DNA from: Tubulanus polymorphus
Taxonomy: Eukaryota; Animalia; Nemertea
Reading direction: 5' to 3'
Assembly: GCF_964204645.1 (NCBI RefSeq)
Contig: NC_134026.1
Location: forward strand, 21,052,150-21,116,149
DNA length: 64,000 bases
Part shown: positions 39,701 to 52,386 of the stretch, piece by piece
Layout of the letters: each line of letters begins with the position of its first letter
Numbering within the stretch: the first letter of the stretch is position 1
The notes under the pieces: generated by a model
What the model was told of the DNA's origin: nothing
Seen by the model: the letters and a program-made list of their open reading frames with translations, nothing else
Database searches by the model: none
Made by a program: the position numbers and the translations under genes

Positions 39701-42700
39701 AAAACCAAATGAAATGTATTCATTATATGGGCATTATTACAGTGGAACTTGTTACAACGAACTCTGATACAACAATTCATCGGATATAACAAACATAGAT
39801 TTTTGTCCCCAAGTAAGACAATTCGATTAATTTCGTACTGGATATAATGAACTATCGGTTATAACTAACATATTTTCTGGTCTCGTGAACTTCGCTGTAA
39901 CAAGGCTCCACAGTATATCTATAATAGCAATATGAGCTGATATGTACTGCTGTTTCTTTGCATTTCTGGAGAGTTAAGAAAATAGATAGTATGGCTTCTA
40001 TAGAGAGGAGATTTCAATTAGAAAATGGGTGGCTTTTAATTGAAATTCTTGTTCTACTCTATTTTAACGATATTACGTTTCAAATATTTCTCTGATCAGA
40101 CTCCGAGCACGCCACAGAACGTAATTACGCAAGCGTCGTCAGACATTGCGTCTGTCACAATGACCTACGCTACGTCTGACATGAGCAGCAAACATTCATC
40201 ATCCACGACTGTTGCTGAAGGGTATGTATAACTCTGTGAAATTTTTTTCGGTATTTCTGTGCAAGGACAAAAGCTCAGTGATGTCACCTTTGGAGAACTT
40301 TACATAGTGACCATTGAAACTTACATTGTTTTCATGATACCGTATCTATCCAAGTTGTTGATAAGTTAGGGTCGGTTCCATATTCTTAGCTTAGTGGCAA
40401 GTCTTAGAACATCTCAGTTCTATTGCCAATCTAACAACTACGACCAATCTTAAGATTCAAGACCACTTTTGTACTTATGTCCTCGACCATGGAAATGGCC
40501 CGAATAGATGATTTGGAAAAAATAAGTTTTGATTTTCGCCTTGTCAACCATCCACTGGTTAAATCTAACCATCTTTTAAGCTATGTAGTATTCGCAAAGA
40601 AGCTAATTACAAGTATTTTTTGGTTGCTTTCAGCAGTAGTGTATTTGGTGATGACGAACGTCTGAGCACTTGTTCATCATTGACGGATATTGTTGAAGGC
40701 ATGATGGATCCTAGGTATGTTTTGATGTACATTACTAGAAAAATATTATACATTATCTGTTCTAAGTTAGTGGAATTCTTTCAAATGTACTGCGTTATTC
40801 GATGAGAATCTTGGTGAAATAATCCCTGGAAGTAAAATGGTCGAAAATGGGCTGATTATAATTCGATTTTTTACCTTTAACAACCGTAAAACTAGGCTCT
40901 GATGCCTGGTTTTACAAAGCAAGATTTTCATTAGTTTACAACTTTCTCATTTTCATTAATCTCGCTTTGAATACAGTATTATATGAGAATTCTCGACTTT
41001 TTCTGTATTTAGCGAGGGATTGAGCTTTATTCCGATGCAACCTGGGTTACCACAGTACTGTTTCATTGCTGGTGAAGCCACAGCCTGGGTTTGCTGTTAC
41101 GTAGACGGAGTTGAGAAACCGGATGGAGCCGTATCTCTTTTACAGGTAATTCTTCGTACCCGCATCTTGCAGGGATGACCAGCTCCAGGCAGGGATTTCA
41201 GTTGCACACAGGGTCCACTAGGATAGGGGTTCGTCCCAATGCCATCTACCGGGCAGTTTGATTTTCGGTCCCAAGACATCTGGTTTGCTGTAATAACGTG
41301 ATGAAGGTTTAGTTTGCGACAAATGATTGATGAAAAGTAAATTTGTCGCACAGCAAATTTTCATAAAACATAGCCAATCATAATTACCATCAACAAAGGT
41401 TTATTAGGTAAATCAACTCAATTTATTTATTTTTTTTTTGGTTTTCAGCAAATGATTTATGAGAAGTTAATTTGCCACGCGTCTAACAATATAGAGCATC
41501 CTTTCATCAATGGCTTCCTGCTCTACTATATAATCACTGATAAGAAAAAAGGTAAGGCAACATTCAGAGTGACTGATTATATATACTTGCATTTGTTGAC
41601 CTATTTCTGGAATCAGTTTTGTAGCGCTATGGCTTGATAAATTTTTAGTTATCGCAAAACAGATTATCATAATTTGGTTATTCATAAAAAGACTTGAGTT
41701 AAATATTGCTGACTTTGCTTTGTCTTTTCTGAAACAAGACTGATGAGGTATCATTAACGCAAAAACAAACATGATATCAACTGGGCTGTTGACATTGTCT
41801 AGTATTTTTCTTTCAGAGTTGACATACAACACGTGTTTCCAGAACGAGTGGTGCGAAGTAGTGGTCGATTTCGACCACACAGTCTTTCAATCGAACATTC
41901 CGACATTTTTACAAACCGACATACCGCCGATATCTCCAGGGAAGAGTCGCGCGAAAGATCTAACCAAACGTGGAAAAGATGGCGGCATTGGTGAATATCT
42001 TAATTGATTATTAGACTAAACAAAAATGATACCTTGTTTCTCCTAATCGGCCGGGTCATCTTGTAAATCCCGATGAAATTTGTTATCAGTTCATTTCAGT
42101 TCATGTAATCAGTTAATATAGCTGCCGGGTCGGTTATATTAAAATTGATCGTGAAGAAAGTAATATACAGGGTAGATAGGCGGCTGGCCGGTCAGCCTTT
42201 AAGCTAAGCAGAATAGGGGAGCTTCTCTGAGTCTTGATTTTGATAGCTGATTGAACAAAAATTTGTCTTTTAAACTTAGATCAACCAAAATCTACACTTT
42301 TACTTGCTAAGAATTTTTTGCAGCATTTTACAGCACTAGATGAACATTTTTGAACATCCTGTTGTAAACTGCATGATTTCGGAACCCCAGTGATGCGCCC
42401 TTTGAATACTACTAGAGCTAAACTAATCTTTAAGTCCTGACACGTTTTTTGAAATATTTTATTGTATCGTTCTCTCTCCACGTTTGATTGTGGCTATTCT
42501 ACCATTGGAATATTTTGCTTGAATATTTTTTTACGAGTTTGATGGAATGTTTTTCTCCGATTTTCAGATCCACGTAAAGTGCACGGAAAGGAGGTGAACG
42601 TCGATGTTGATCCAGCTGGTAAAAGCGATCGCGATGAATGGGCTGTTGCGCAGTACCACAGCCACTACAGTCCCGATGGTCCCTTTTCGTTGGAAGTCCA

Positions 42701-44704
42701 GTGGATTGTGGCGACAGGCGCAATTCTCGGAGAATTGGTGAGACCGAGATAACATTTCAAATGACTGTATATAAAATGTAGTAGAAACATATTCACGTGA
42801 ATTGAGTTACTGTAAATTCAGCTGGGTTTTAGAACTGGCTTGGTCCTACTCAGTACTTATGTTTGAAAATACTGTAAGTCAAATTAGCTCAATTTCATCC
42901 GGATTTTGATCTAATCCAGATATTGTTTACAGCTCACCTATACCCGGTGCCTAAATGTATGTAAAATATGACTTAACACCAGACTTCTCAATAATTGGAT
43001 TGATTCGATTGGTACAAAATCATCTGAATCATTAAGAGGGCTCTGCTTTAGTTTCTTCCTTTGTAAGATCAATCAAATTGTCCCTCAGAAAAAAGCATAA
43101 TAAACATTGTCTATAGCGGTAGCGCCAGGACTGGCAAGTGTTTCTAGTAAAGACGAATATACCTGCGTAGATTTACAGATTTTTTCATATTGACAAACTG
43201 TAGGGACAGAAAATTTTGATCATTTAAACTTTTTGATTATTATACCAATTTGAACGGATCACCAAAGAGTCTAAATTTCTTTAATCTCAATTTTTGTAAA
43301 TTTTGCATATGTTTTCCAGGTGTACAGTTGGGTACGCAAAGCTAGTAGTTGCGGATTTCATTTCATACCGGTGCCACTCGATCAATTCGCATTACCATAT
43401 ACTCAAAACTCAGATCCCTTGCGCGGCCCGGTGTTCATTCCGCTAAATACATGCTGCTTGATGGAAAACACTGATTTATTAGTTGGTAAGTTTAAGAAAA
43501 ATCCGTGGTCAGACAGTATGATGTCCTTGATCTTAGATGAAGCCATATTTCTTTGTGATTTTTCAGACTTCCCTCCTGGAATAAAGGACAAACGCATGAT
43601 GCTGTTCCAAGAATCGATTTTAAAACGGTAAATAATGTTTATTTTAGAAAATAGATCTCGAAAAGTGTTAGCATTGTAACGTGCTTATGGTTCAAAAATT
43701 TTGCCTGAGACATAAGCAATGACTTCCACCCTATGTGGTAAAATTCTTCAAACTGGACCTGGAAAATTCAAATATGGAGAAAAGGAGTCAAGAAATAGAC
43801 ATTTGAAATGTCATTTTGGCCTTAATTCCACAGCCGGTAGCTAGGTAATTAGCCATTTCTCATTGAAATTCGTGATGGGTATATTTTGGGAGGAGATACA
43901 AGTTTTCCGATCAGTCAATTTTCAAGCTATGGCCATCTTTGTTTCATCAGCCCTCATTAGTAAAAAGAAAAGGTTTTTTTTAGGGGGTATTGAATAATGG
44001 AATACATGTAACGTGGTTTACCCATATTAATGCATTTACGCGTTTTCAATGTTAATGTCAGTTTGTCAAGCATTTCACCAAATGAACATGGTGTCTAGCA
44101 CCTTAAGTTTACATGCCTCTTAGCAAAGAGTTGTCGGCGTTTCACGTGTTATTTTATCTCGGTTTTCAGATTTGGATTCATGCGAGATCTGTACTCGACG
44201 AATAGTTCCGACTCATGGGGTCTCCTAGACGACGAACTGAAGTACGTGCACTGCACCGGCGGAATGTTCGCTCTCATACCGGAAACGACCGCATCCAACG
44301 TCAAATCAGCCGATACTCCGCTGGGACGAACGCGCGCCCATCAAACCCAGAGTCTACACAAAGAGTTCGTCGCCAGACAGGTCGCGAATTGCGAGCACCC
44401 GGCTGGATTCATCTGGTCGTGGAACTTCATGTTGACGAAACGCTGGCGCTCGCAGAACACCGGCGACGAAACGTTCCCCGACAAAATGCTCGCCGATTTT
44501 CGACGATTCTGCTCGAACGAGGACAACCGGCTCATCGATTATTGGGACAGCTGTAAAGCGAAAGCCGCCGAAGAGTATAGCAAAATGATTTCGAGCACAT
44601 CCGACGACGACTTCGAATCAGACGACCCCGGAATACAAATTAACGTTTCCCCGCAGCTGGTTTCAGAAGCAGATTTGACCGAAATGACGATACCTCAAGA
44701 ATGA
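18769..44704 (+). CDS. DEPDC5: DEP domain-containing protein 5 (GATOR1 subunit, Iml1), about 47 exons
   Basis: Spliced translation gives [129 protein letters not shown], a DEP domain (41013-41551) and [22 protein letters not shown]. All match DEPDC5/Iml1 as recalled. ATG at 18769, TGA at 44702-44704. Confidence 0.96.
23760..23870 (-). mobile_element. CORE-SINE-like fragment
   Basis: Minus-strand CCCTGGGCAAGACACTTATCCCCAGTGCCTTGTTTCATC resembles the MIR/CORE consensus (CCTTGGGCAAGTYACTTAACC...GCCTCAGTTTCCTC). Confidence 0.5.
25746..26102. mobile_element. MITE with CAGGG termini (hAT-like)
   Basis: CAGGGTCCCTAC ... GTAGGGGCCCTG with internal AAACTCCTT repeats; no TSD seen. Confidence 0.45.
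27175..27258 (-). mobile_element. tRNA-derived SINE head or tRNA-like pseudogene
   Basis: Minus-strand A-box-like TGGGCTAGTGTGG and B-box GGTTCCAATCCC within a CACCAGG/CCTGGTG T-arm-like hairpin. No canonical cloverleaf. Confidence 0.4.
31401..31764. mobile_element. Older member of the TGRTGGCTGA-terminus family
   Basis: AATGATGGCTGATT ... AATCAGCCATCATA; no TSD retained. Confidence 0.5.
32130..32404. mobile_element. MITE of the CAGKGGCGGATCYAG family
   Basis: CAAGGGCAGGTTTAGG ... CCTAGATCCGCCCTTG. Related ends occur near 3280, 18208, 55822 and 58112. Confidence 0.5.
37002..37223. mobile_element. MITE flanked by TTA/TAA; related copies at ~42010-42200 and ~56140-56330
   Basis: GGCTAGAATAAATTGATACCTTGTTTCTC ... 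GAGAAACTAGGTATCATTTTTTTTTAGCC. Confidence 0.65.
37539..37710. mobile_element. pogo/Tc1-like MITE
   Basis: CAGTGAATATCCGCTTAATCGG ... CGGATTGAGCGGGTTTGACTG-TA. Confidence 0.55.
39432..39479. mobile_element. 48-bp palindrome flanked by a near-perfect 7-bp duplication
   Basis: ATTCAAT-CAAAAATACATA...TATGTATTTTTG-ATTCTAT (6/7 match). Confidence 0.55.
39740..39913. mobile_element. TA-flanked pogo/Tc1-like MITE
   Basis: TA-CAGTGGAACTTGTTACAACGAA ... TTCGCTGTAACAAGGCTCCACAG-TA. Confidence 0.7.
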
Positions 44705-44976
44705 AAATCTATCCGTTTAAGACTGTAATTAATACTTCCTTTTTTGCTAAAAAAGTTAATTTATTCATGTTGGTGCTATGTTGTAGTTTGAGAACATTTT
44801 TGAGAACTGGTTTTACTTAAAACAAGTTTAAATCAACGGAGTTACAGTGAAGTTAACCTCCAGGTTAAAGACAATATCATTGTTGTTCAATAACTATCGA
44901 TGTAAAAAGCTTATTGGTCTATAAATAATAAATGAAAAAGTATTTTTCCAATTCCATTTGAAACTTGTGCATCCTG

Positions 44977-46238
44977 TTTTTAGCCCACTTGGGACTTTAG
45001 TCCCAGCGGGCTATTGCGTTCACTTTTCATCCGTCGTCCGTCCGTAGACGGAATCCAGTTATTTTGGGAAGTTTTGAAGACGCTTCAAGATAATGTCTTG
45101 ATATTTGGGTTACACATGTATCTACCCTAGACACATCTTCAGCCCAAAAACTGGCCCTGTCAGATTCAAGATGGCCGACTGGCAGCTATTGTTGTTCACC
45201 AAAATCAGCACTTTTTACACATTTTTGAACTTTTTGAGGGAAATTTTGAAGACGCTTTGATCAATTACCTTGATCTTTCGGATATATGTGAATTCCCCCA
45301 GGGCCCATCAGCATAACAAAAATTGGGTCGATCGGACTCAAGATGGCCGTCCTATGACCTTTTTAGTGCCCAAAAATGTTAATTTTGGCCCAAATTCTGA
45401 GTCCTGTAGCTTCCTACTGGTTTATCATTTCTCATTGCAATTTGTGATGGGTATTCTTTGGAAAGGGATGTTTTATACCTGAGACAGGTATTTTTCATCA
45501 GCCAATTATGACGCAATTGGCGGCCATCTTGGTGTCAGCAGTACTCATTCGTAAGTGGGAAAAATTTTTTTCACATCATATTGATACCTAAGCGTATTTT
45601 GTTACGACAATCAATTAGAAAGTTGTAGCTCATAACGTGTTCTATGATTGTGGTGAGTTTCAAGGTCATTGGTTTTTGTATATGGCCACCAGGGGGCGTT
45701 GAATAATGTAATATCTTAGTATTTCTATATTATATTCGTATCAATGCATATTTTGTAACCACAATCAATTGCAAAGTTGTAGCTCATGACATCATCTATG
45801 ATTGTGGCAAGTTTTAAGGCCATTAGTTATTCTATATGGTCACCAGGGGGCGTTGAATAGTAGAATAACTTAGTATTTCCTTATTATATTGGTACCTAGG
45901 CATATTTTGTTACCATGATCAATTACAAAGTTATAGTTCGTGACATGTTCTATGATTGTGGTGAGTGTCAAGGTCATTGGGTTTTGAATATGGTCACCAG
46001 GGGGCATTGAATAGTAGAATAACTTAGTATTTCTATATTAAAGTGGTAACGAGGCATATTTTGTTATCACAATCAATTACAAAATCGTAGCTGCTGACAT
46101 GTTCTATGATTGTGGTGAGTTTCAAGGTCATTGGATTCTGTATATGGTCACCAGGGGGCGTTGAATATTGAAACTGTTAGATTGTTGAGCATTTGGAACC
46201 ACTTCCCAAGTGGGCATGGTGTCCCTGGACCCCTAGTT
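44977..46238 (+). mobile_element. Helentron-associated interspersed element (HINE/DINE-1-like) with an internal tandem array
   Basis: 5' T-run, subterminal GCCCACTTGGGA with an adjacent hairpin, a (GTCC)-type microsatellite, an internal tandem core, the inverted TCCCAAGTGGGC near the 3' end, a short GTCC/GGAC hairpin and a CTAGTT end. Confidence 0.7.
45579..46170 (+). repeat. 154-bp tandem repeat (~4 copies), each with a CTCF-consensus-like motif
   Basis: TGG(C/T)CACCAGGGGGC(G/A)TTG starts at 45683, 45837, 45991 and 46145. Confidence 0.9.
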
Positions 46239-46274
46239 ATTCATTTGTAAATGTGATGTTGAAAAAATTCTCTG

Positions 46275-46749
46275 TAACTTGGGGACCAGGTGGGCAACTT
46301 GCCCACTTGCAGGTTGAAATGCTCATTAATCTGACGGTCAGATTAGTGACGGGATCAATATTCAACATCACTTATTGAACATGTGCAGAAATCATTGACC
46401 TTTAGACTTGCCACAATCATTGAATGCGTCAGGATGGACCCGATTTTTCTCAAGTATGATGGGCCATAGGGAGATAGATACATATGGAACATCATAAAAT
46501 TGATTGCAATTTTGAATAATTTTGATTGGAGAAACTTCAGAATTTCCCTTGAAAACCTGTACAAAAGTGATATTGGGCCAGTTTTTGGACAGCAGATATG
46601 TCTTGAGGAGATACATGTACCAACCAAATATCAAGACAATCCACTGAGGTGTCTTGAAAGCTTCCCAAAATGACTGGATTCCATCTGTAGATGAATAGTC
46701 AAAAGGCAAACGCCAAAAGTTAAAGTACCAAAGTTCCAAGAGGGCTAAT
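46275..46749 (-). mobile_element. Diverged inverted copy of the same HINE-like family, tail-to-tail with 44977-46238
   Basis: The reverse complement of ~46570-46749 aligns to 44981-45160 (GGAATCCAGT.ATTTTGGGAAG...GTCTTGATATTTGG...ACATGTATCT...CCAAAAACTGGCCC). Confidence 0.7.
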
Positions 46750-46993
46750 AGAAATAAAGACTTAAACTACAAATCAATTAATCATAAATTAACAAATGTT
46801 TAATAATTCATAAAACTTGTTGCTCTCTCTAGTACACTACGTAAGAGATTTCACTGCAATCTATGTCATTTTTCATTGCTATCAAATATTCCGTTGGATG
46901 CTACAAAGTTTCTTGAGTCGTTTATCGATGATCTAAGTTATTTTCGCACAAGTTAAAGTCTCTATAATATAATAATCCTAACAAACACCATGA

Positions 46994-48648
46994 TTATTCG
47001 TCATCGTCTTCTTCCTTCTTAGCGTAGTTATCTTTTATGTGCTCCCACAGTTTCTGAAAAATGATAAGGTATTATATCAATCATCGATAGAGTTAACAAG
47101 GTCCCTAAGTGGGTAAAAACAAATTCCTGGTCCCAATAATTGTACCGATCAAGGCATAGTCTACTTTACGACTGCAAACTAGACAAAGATTTCAAATAGC
47201 CTATCTCTTAGTCTGAATACCAGTCGTTGTTACGGATCGTACAACGTCTGACGCTAAAGTATCATATAGAGGTTAACTCCTGTTAATTGCAATGCAACAA
47301 CTGATTTTAGTGTCAAATCAAACCTTTGTACTAAAATAAATAAATTAGTTACCTTGTTGACTTTGAAAACGTGTTTTATAATAAAATTTTTGATGATTGA
47401 AATCGCGAACCGGAGAATTTATTGATTTGATTTGAATTTATTGCCACTATCGGGATTTCCAATACGGACTGAATTAATAAAATGTGAAAATTCAATATGT
47501 CTCTCTAAAATTACTCTAAATGTTATTTTTTGTTGATAAAACGCATAAATTTTGGTTAATTTTAACCTTAATAATTTGAAACAAGAATAATATCTGCATT
47601 GGCACCAAGTTTAAGTTCGAATCCGTAATTTACACTCCCATCATGCACCACGAAAAGCCGCCATATTTGTTATGGTGCTTCACTTCAACTGTTTTTTGAG
47701 GCGACTAGTCAAAAGTTTTGAGCTACTACGATCGTCAAAAGCTACTTAGGATTACAAATTTATGCACAAACAATAGTTAACTTCCATCTGATTACAGAAC
47801 AGTCAGTTTGAGGTAAGTTGATGGTGTTTTAAGGGGTGAAATAGACGCTCAAAGCCTCGTCCCTCAAGATGAGGGACGAAAGTTAACCTTATATGAGCAC
47901 TTTCGCCCTAGACGTTGTTTCAGGAACAACGGCTAGGTACTAGACTACCTATCTCTTAGAATCGACAAGAGTTTTTAGCATTTTCTAAAATTTAAGAAGT
48001 TTCAAGCACCTTTCACAGTATTTTCCATTAAGAAGGAGTTTTTAAGGGGTTGTAGGGACCATAGTTAGGTCCCCATCTTTACAGTAGGCCTAGTTATAAC
48101 CTTGTCGACCCTCGGATCATCGCTGTGTGTCCTAGACCAAATATCTACAGTTTGACACCAGTTCATGCAAGGTTCCTATAGTACCACGATTTCCAAATGG
48201 GCTTTAAGTGTTTGATCACTGCGGTTTGAGGGGTGATTAAGATCTATGTGAACTTCAATTTTCTGTTTCTAAATCTAAACTGCTGAATCTGGATGGGAAT
48301 CAACAAAAGGATAGGATTGTTTATACGATCTTTTGGCTGTACGGTCGGAACAGGTAATTCTAACCATCCTAGGTTTCAATTAGTAGTAACTGGTTTCTTT
48401 ATTTTTCAATATCTAGAAGTGAGGAGAAGCAAAACTTTCTCGAAACAGGATTACATAAATTAACTTATATTTTGAACGGAAATTTCGCAGACTATTTCGA
48501 CACTTACTCCTCGGTTTATCGAGTTCCAAATATAGTCACCGCCCACGTCTACACCTCTCTCGAATAAAAATACACCCGCTACCACACTCAGAGCAAGCGT
48601 CGACGATCGCCTGAAGACGGCTTTGTAGATGTTCTGGATGAAACTCAT
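46994..48648 (-). CDS. UQCR10: Cytochrome b-c1 complex subunit 9 (QCR9), 2 exons, 66 aa
   Basis: Exons 48648-48508 (MSFIQNIYKAVFRRSST..FLFERGVD..IWNSINRG) and 47053-46994 (KLWEHIKDNY..stop), with the QCR9 signature NxGKLWxxIK. Confidence 0.93.
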
Positions 48649-49662
48649 CTCGAAATATCGAAAAACGTCGAAGTGTGAAAATTCAACAGCCCAACAACAC
48701 CTGTCCTGGAGAATCAGGCAACTTACGCGTAACTCAAATATCACTTCGCTAACTTAAATCATTATCAGATTTTAGAAAAGACTAAGGAAAAATGCAAGAA
48801 AAGACGAATATACAAGTTTGGTACATTGCATTTATTAAAAGTAAGGCGTTTATGTTTGGAAAGTAATATATAGTCAATGGCACTATATTCTTGCTTATAG
48901 TTCCGATGCGTAGTCCGAATATTGATGTATCGGCGCAGGTCTTCTATGTGTGCAAGAAGCAGCAATATAGACCTATTGAAGGTAGGATTCACTCACAAAA
49001 ATGTGAAACTTGAATTTTTAAGATGCTCTAGAATATCGATTTTATCCAAATTTAGTGACACCGCAATTAAATAGGTTGTAGTGCCGAATTATTTTTCACA
49101 TGATGGTGGCAGCACTGTCCGATAACCACTCGCATGCCAGTTGTGGATTTTATTCACGGGTGCATACACATATACGTTCGTCACATTTGATACCTAATTC
49201 ATAAAACCAGTATCATGTATCTCAATTCCTGTATCCCTGTATGATAAAAAGATAGGGTGGAGCACCGAGGATGGGTCTGTTGGGGGCTGGTCGCTTGTTT
49301 CATCCATTCAAAAAATCGCTGCTGAGACTCGATTTGGCGGTAAAATTCGGAATCAAATGCTCACTGCACTGGCATACCGGCAATTGCGCACTAACTTTAA
49401 TTCAACAATCATATCTTTAAACAGCGTTAAGATCGACAAAGCAGTCCATCACTTATTTTACTGCTTTGACACACAATCACGCATGGCCGCTTGACAAGCC
49501 CATGTGCTTGAAAATCCTTTGATCCATTTTCTTTCAGAGTAGTCGAATGAATACAAAAAAGTGTTTTCCCTTCTTGATTTCAAAATCGCTAGCAATCTGT
49601 ACTGAGTTTATAGGATGGCAAATTTTCTATTAAAAGATCTAGAACCCACAAGAGAAACTTAA
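48649..49662. promoter_or_regulatory. Probable bidirectional promoter and 5'UTR region of UQCR10/ZMAT5
   Basis: Divergent ATGs lie ~1 kb apart. A candidate ZMAT5 5'UTR intron runs from donor GTAAGG (48841) to acceptor TTTCAG (~49537). Confidence 0.5.
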
Positions 49663-51325
49663 ATGGGGAAACGATATTACTGTGAAGTATGTGATAAGCA
49701 TTTTGCCGACAATGTCACAAATCGAAGAAACCATTTGAAAGGACTTGCCCATCAAAGAAATCGCAAGGCCCACTATGACGCTTGCAGAGGTAAATCGGTA
49801 AAATACCCCCAATTTGGCACCAGGATTTGTCATGTATTCATATAAATGATTGTATTTTTTTTTCTGTAGATGCAGCTACAATTTTAGCCGAAGAAGCGAA
49901 AAAAAATCCATGCAGAAAATTTGCTTCAGGTATCGTGGTATTCTTATTATTCGTCCGAATCAGATGACTTCAGAAAATAGGAAACGAAAACGATTCGCAA
50001 AATTTCAATTACTATGATCATTTGCTGATTATATTTCAAAAATTCTCGTTTACAGATCGTTCTGTGAAACCTCAGTTAAACAGACTTGTCTTGCACTAAT
50101 TTATAATCTTGTTGTTTTCAACAGGGCAGTGTATATTTGGAGCATCTTGTCGTTTTTCTCATATGACGTATGCGTATAGAATCGCTCTAGAAAAACAAGG
50201 TGAGAAACCTTTCAAATATTGAGCTCGATCTGCCTATGATACCATACAAATAATTGCAGAAAACCTTTTTGAAATAGAAACTGTATTTCTGCCTGATTTG
50301 ATGAGGTTTTTTTCGATGTAAAATTCTAAAGCAAAGGTAAAGGCCACGCAATAAATTCCCTTGTTTCGAATCAGCCCTTTTTGGAAAAAGTGATGAGGGA
50401 GGCAGGTTGTTATTCATTTTTACCTCCCTTTTTGTGAAGAAAAGAGAAATAATGGAACCTTATTCCAAATTCCAAAAGTGACGAGAGCGACTATTTTTCA
50501 TATGCTAAGAATGGGGTAAATTTAGGCATCAACGACCTTGAATCATGATGTAAAGCATTTCGTTATCGAAATGCTCACCTGTTACCGTAACGATTAAGTT
50601 GCCACCGCGAGGCAACAACATATTTAAGTTTGATCAGGTTGTTGTTCTTCAGGAAGCGTGCGGGAGTGTTTTACTTTTTTTTTAGATAGAAACGAAAATA
50701 GATTTCTTTTTACCGACGAAATTTTTTTTTGACTGCGCGAAAATGATTCTGATGAGTAACAAGCAACTTTTTTGCCTGGCCTAATGGAGGAAATTTCGAA
50801 CCTGAGTTCTGCGGTGCGGCGGGATAGAGAAATTGTGCAAAAGTAACTGATGCATAAATTGAGGATCCCTAACTAATATAACGAGAAAGATGAAGTCCGA
50901 AAAAGTTTCCTTGAAGCTGATAATTTATTGATTTGACCTTTCGACTATAACCTAATAGGAATGAAAATTAACAATGAGTTGACAAAAATATGAGATGTAC
51001 ATAATAACCTATGTACATAAACTATACCTATATACATGGTAACTAATTTATCTTTCTTTTTCGCTCAGCGGAGGCTGACTGGTTCGCCAAAAGGAGAAAA
51101 ATGGAAGAAGCGGCCAAAAACGAATCGCCGAAATTCGAAAGCTGGTTGGAAAAATTCGAATCGAAGTCGTCTGGCAGCGACGAAAAAGAATCTGACTCCG
51201 ACTCGCTTCATATACCGGAGTTTTCGTTGCCCGAATTCTTACACGGAATACCAGATTTGCCGCCGTCGTTGATCCCACCCACTAAAGAGGATATCCTTAC
51301 CGCGCCGTTTTCCGAATGGGGTTAA
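49663..51325 (+). CDS. ZMAT5: Zinc finger matrin-type protein 5 (U11/U12 snRNP 20K), 4 coding exons
   Basis: Exons 49663-49789 (MGKRYYCEVCDKHF..HLKG..H), 49870-49929, 50125-50199 (CCCH finger C..F.SGQC.FG..C.FSH) and 51069-51325 (LPPSL..EWG stop). Confidence 0.93.
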
Positions 51326-52386
51326 AAATGCTTTCTGGGTGTATGATGATTTGTAAATATATTCTAAATTTTCGAAGAAAGAAAGTTTTTAGTCGTTTTT
51401 AACTGAAGTTTTTGATTTACAAAGCCGACGTAGGTTGATCTTGCAAACGCCGGTAACCCGTCGCGGGTACGCGATTCTTTGCGCAAACGTCAGTGACGAC
51501 GCGACCGTCCACCCAATACTGTTCTCGTTGCCAACTCGCCTATTTTCAGCGCTTGTATCTCCCAGGTTATCGCAAAGCTTCGCAAATTGAACTACTCGTT
51601 CGAATAGGAATTGAGGATATTCAAAAAAGGATAGACTAAAAAAGTGTAGAAATAAAGATGTAACCAAGTTACTTTTCACTGCCAATACGTATGAACGCTT
51701 GTGATCAATGTGGCAGTCTGTGCGTTGCCTCCATCGACAAATGTGAAGAAGACCTTATTCAGGAATAAATCATTTTCTTAGAAAATATTGTATATATACA
51801 ACATGTATTATTTCAGTATATCGAATGCTGTGGCGCATTTTACGCGAAGAAAGCCCTTCGATGCTATCAACTCCGACTATGAAATAACAAAAACCTGCTG
51901 ATTTTACCCTCTGTTCGTTACCAAAATAATTTCCTGTACGACAACAGGTTCCATTTACGTCTTTTACGACGGATATGAAATCAGTTTTTTTTCACAATGA
52001 CGTCGTTTCGTCGCTATTTTAATTGGGTACGGTTTTAGCACGCGGGTGCGTCACAAACTAAACAAAGCCATTCACCAGTTTCACAAAGCAAAGCATTTCT
52101 GTATAAATAGAAAGTTGACAAAATAACTGGGCCATGAACCCGTTGATAGTAAGAGTAATAGATATTTTCTATTATGCGCGGCAACTTTCGTCGATTCGGT
52201 TTGATCGAGAAAGCGTTCGGTACTCCATTACATAATTAAAGGCATATAATGCACGTATCGGATTAGCGGATTAGAAAGCCTTGATAAATCGACTCGAGAA
52301 ACCGTACTGATCGTTCAAGGTGAATTCGATTAGATTAATTACACGTATCGATAACGTTTGAAAAAAGACTTTCGTGACATTGAAAG

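Noticed and set aside
49930-50124. U12-type intron in ZMAT5 (donor starts GTATC)
   Set aside because: The donor is GTATCGTG, not GTATCCTT, and I see no clear TCCTTAAC branch site.
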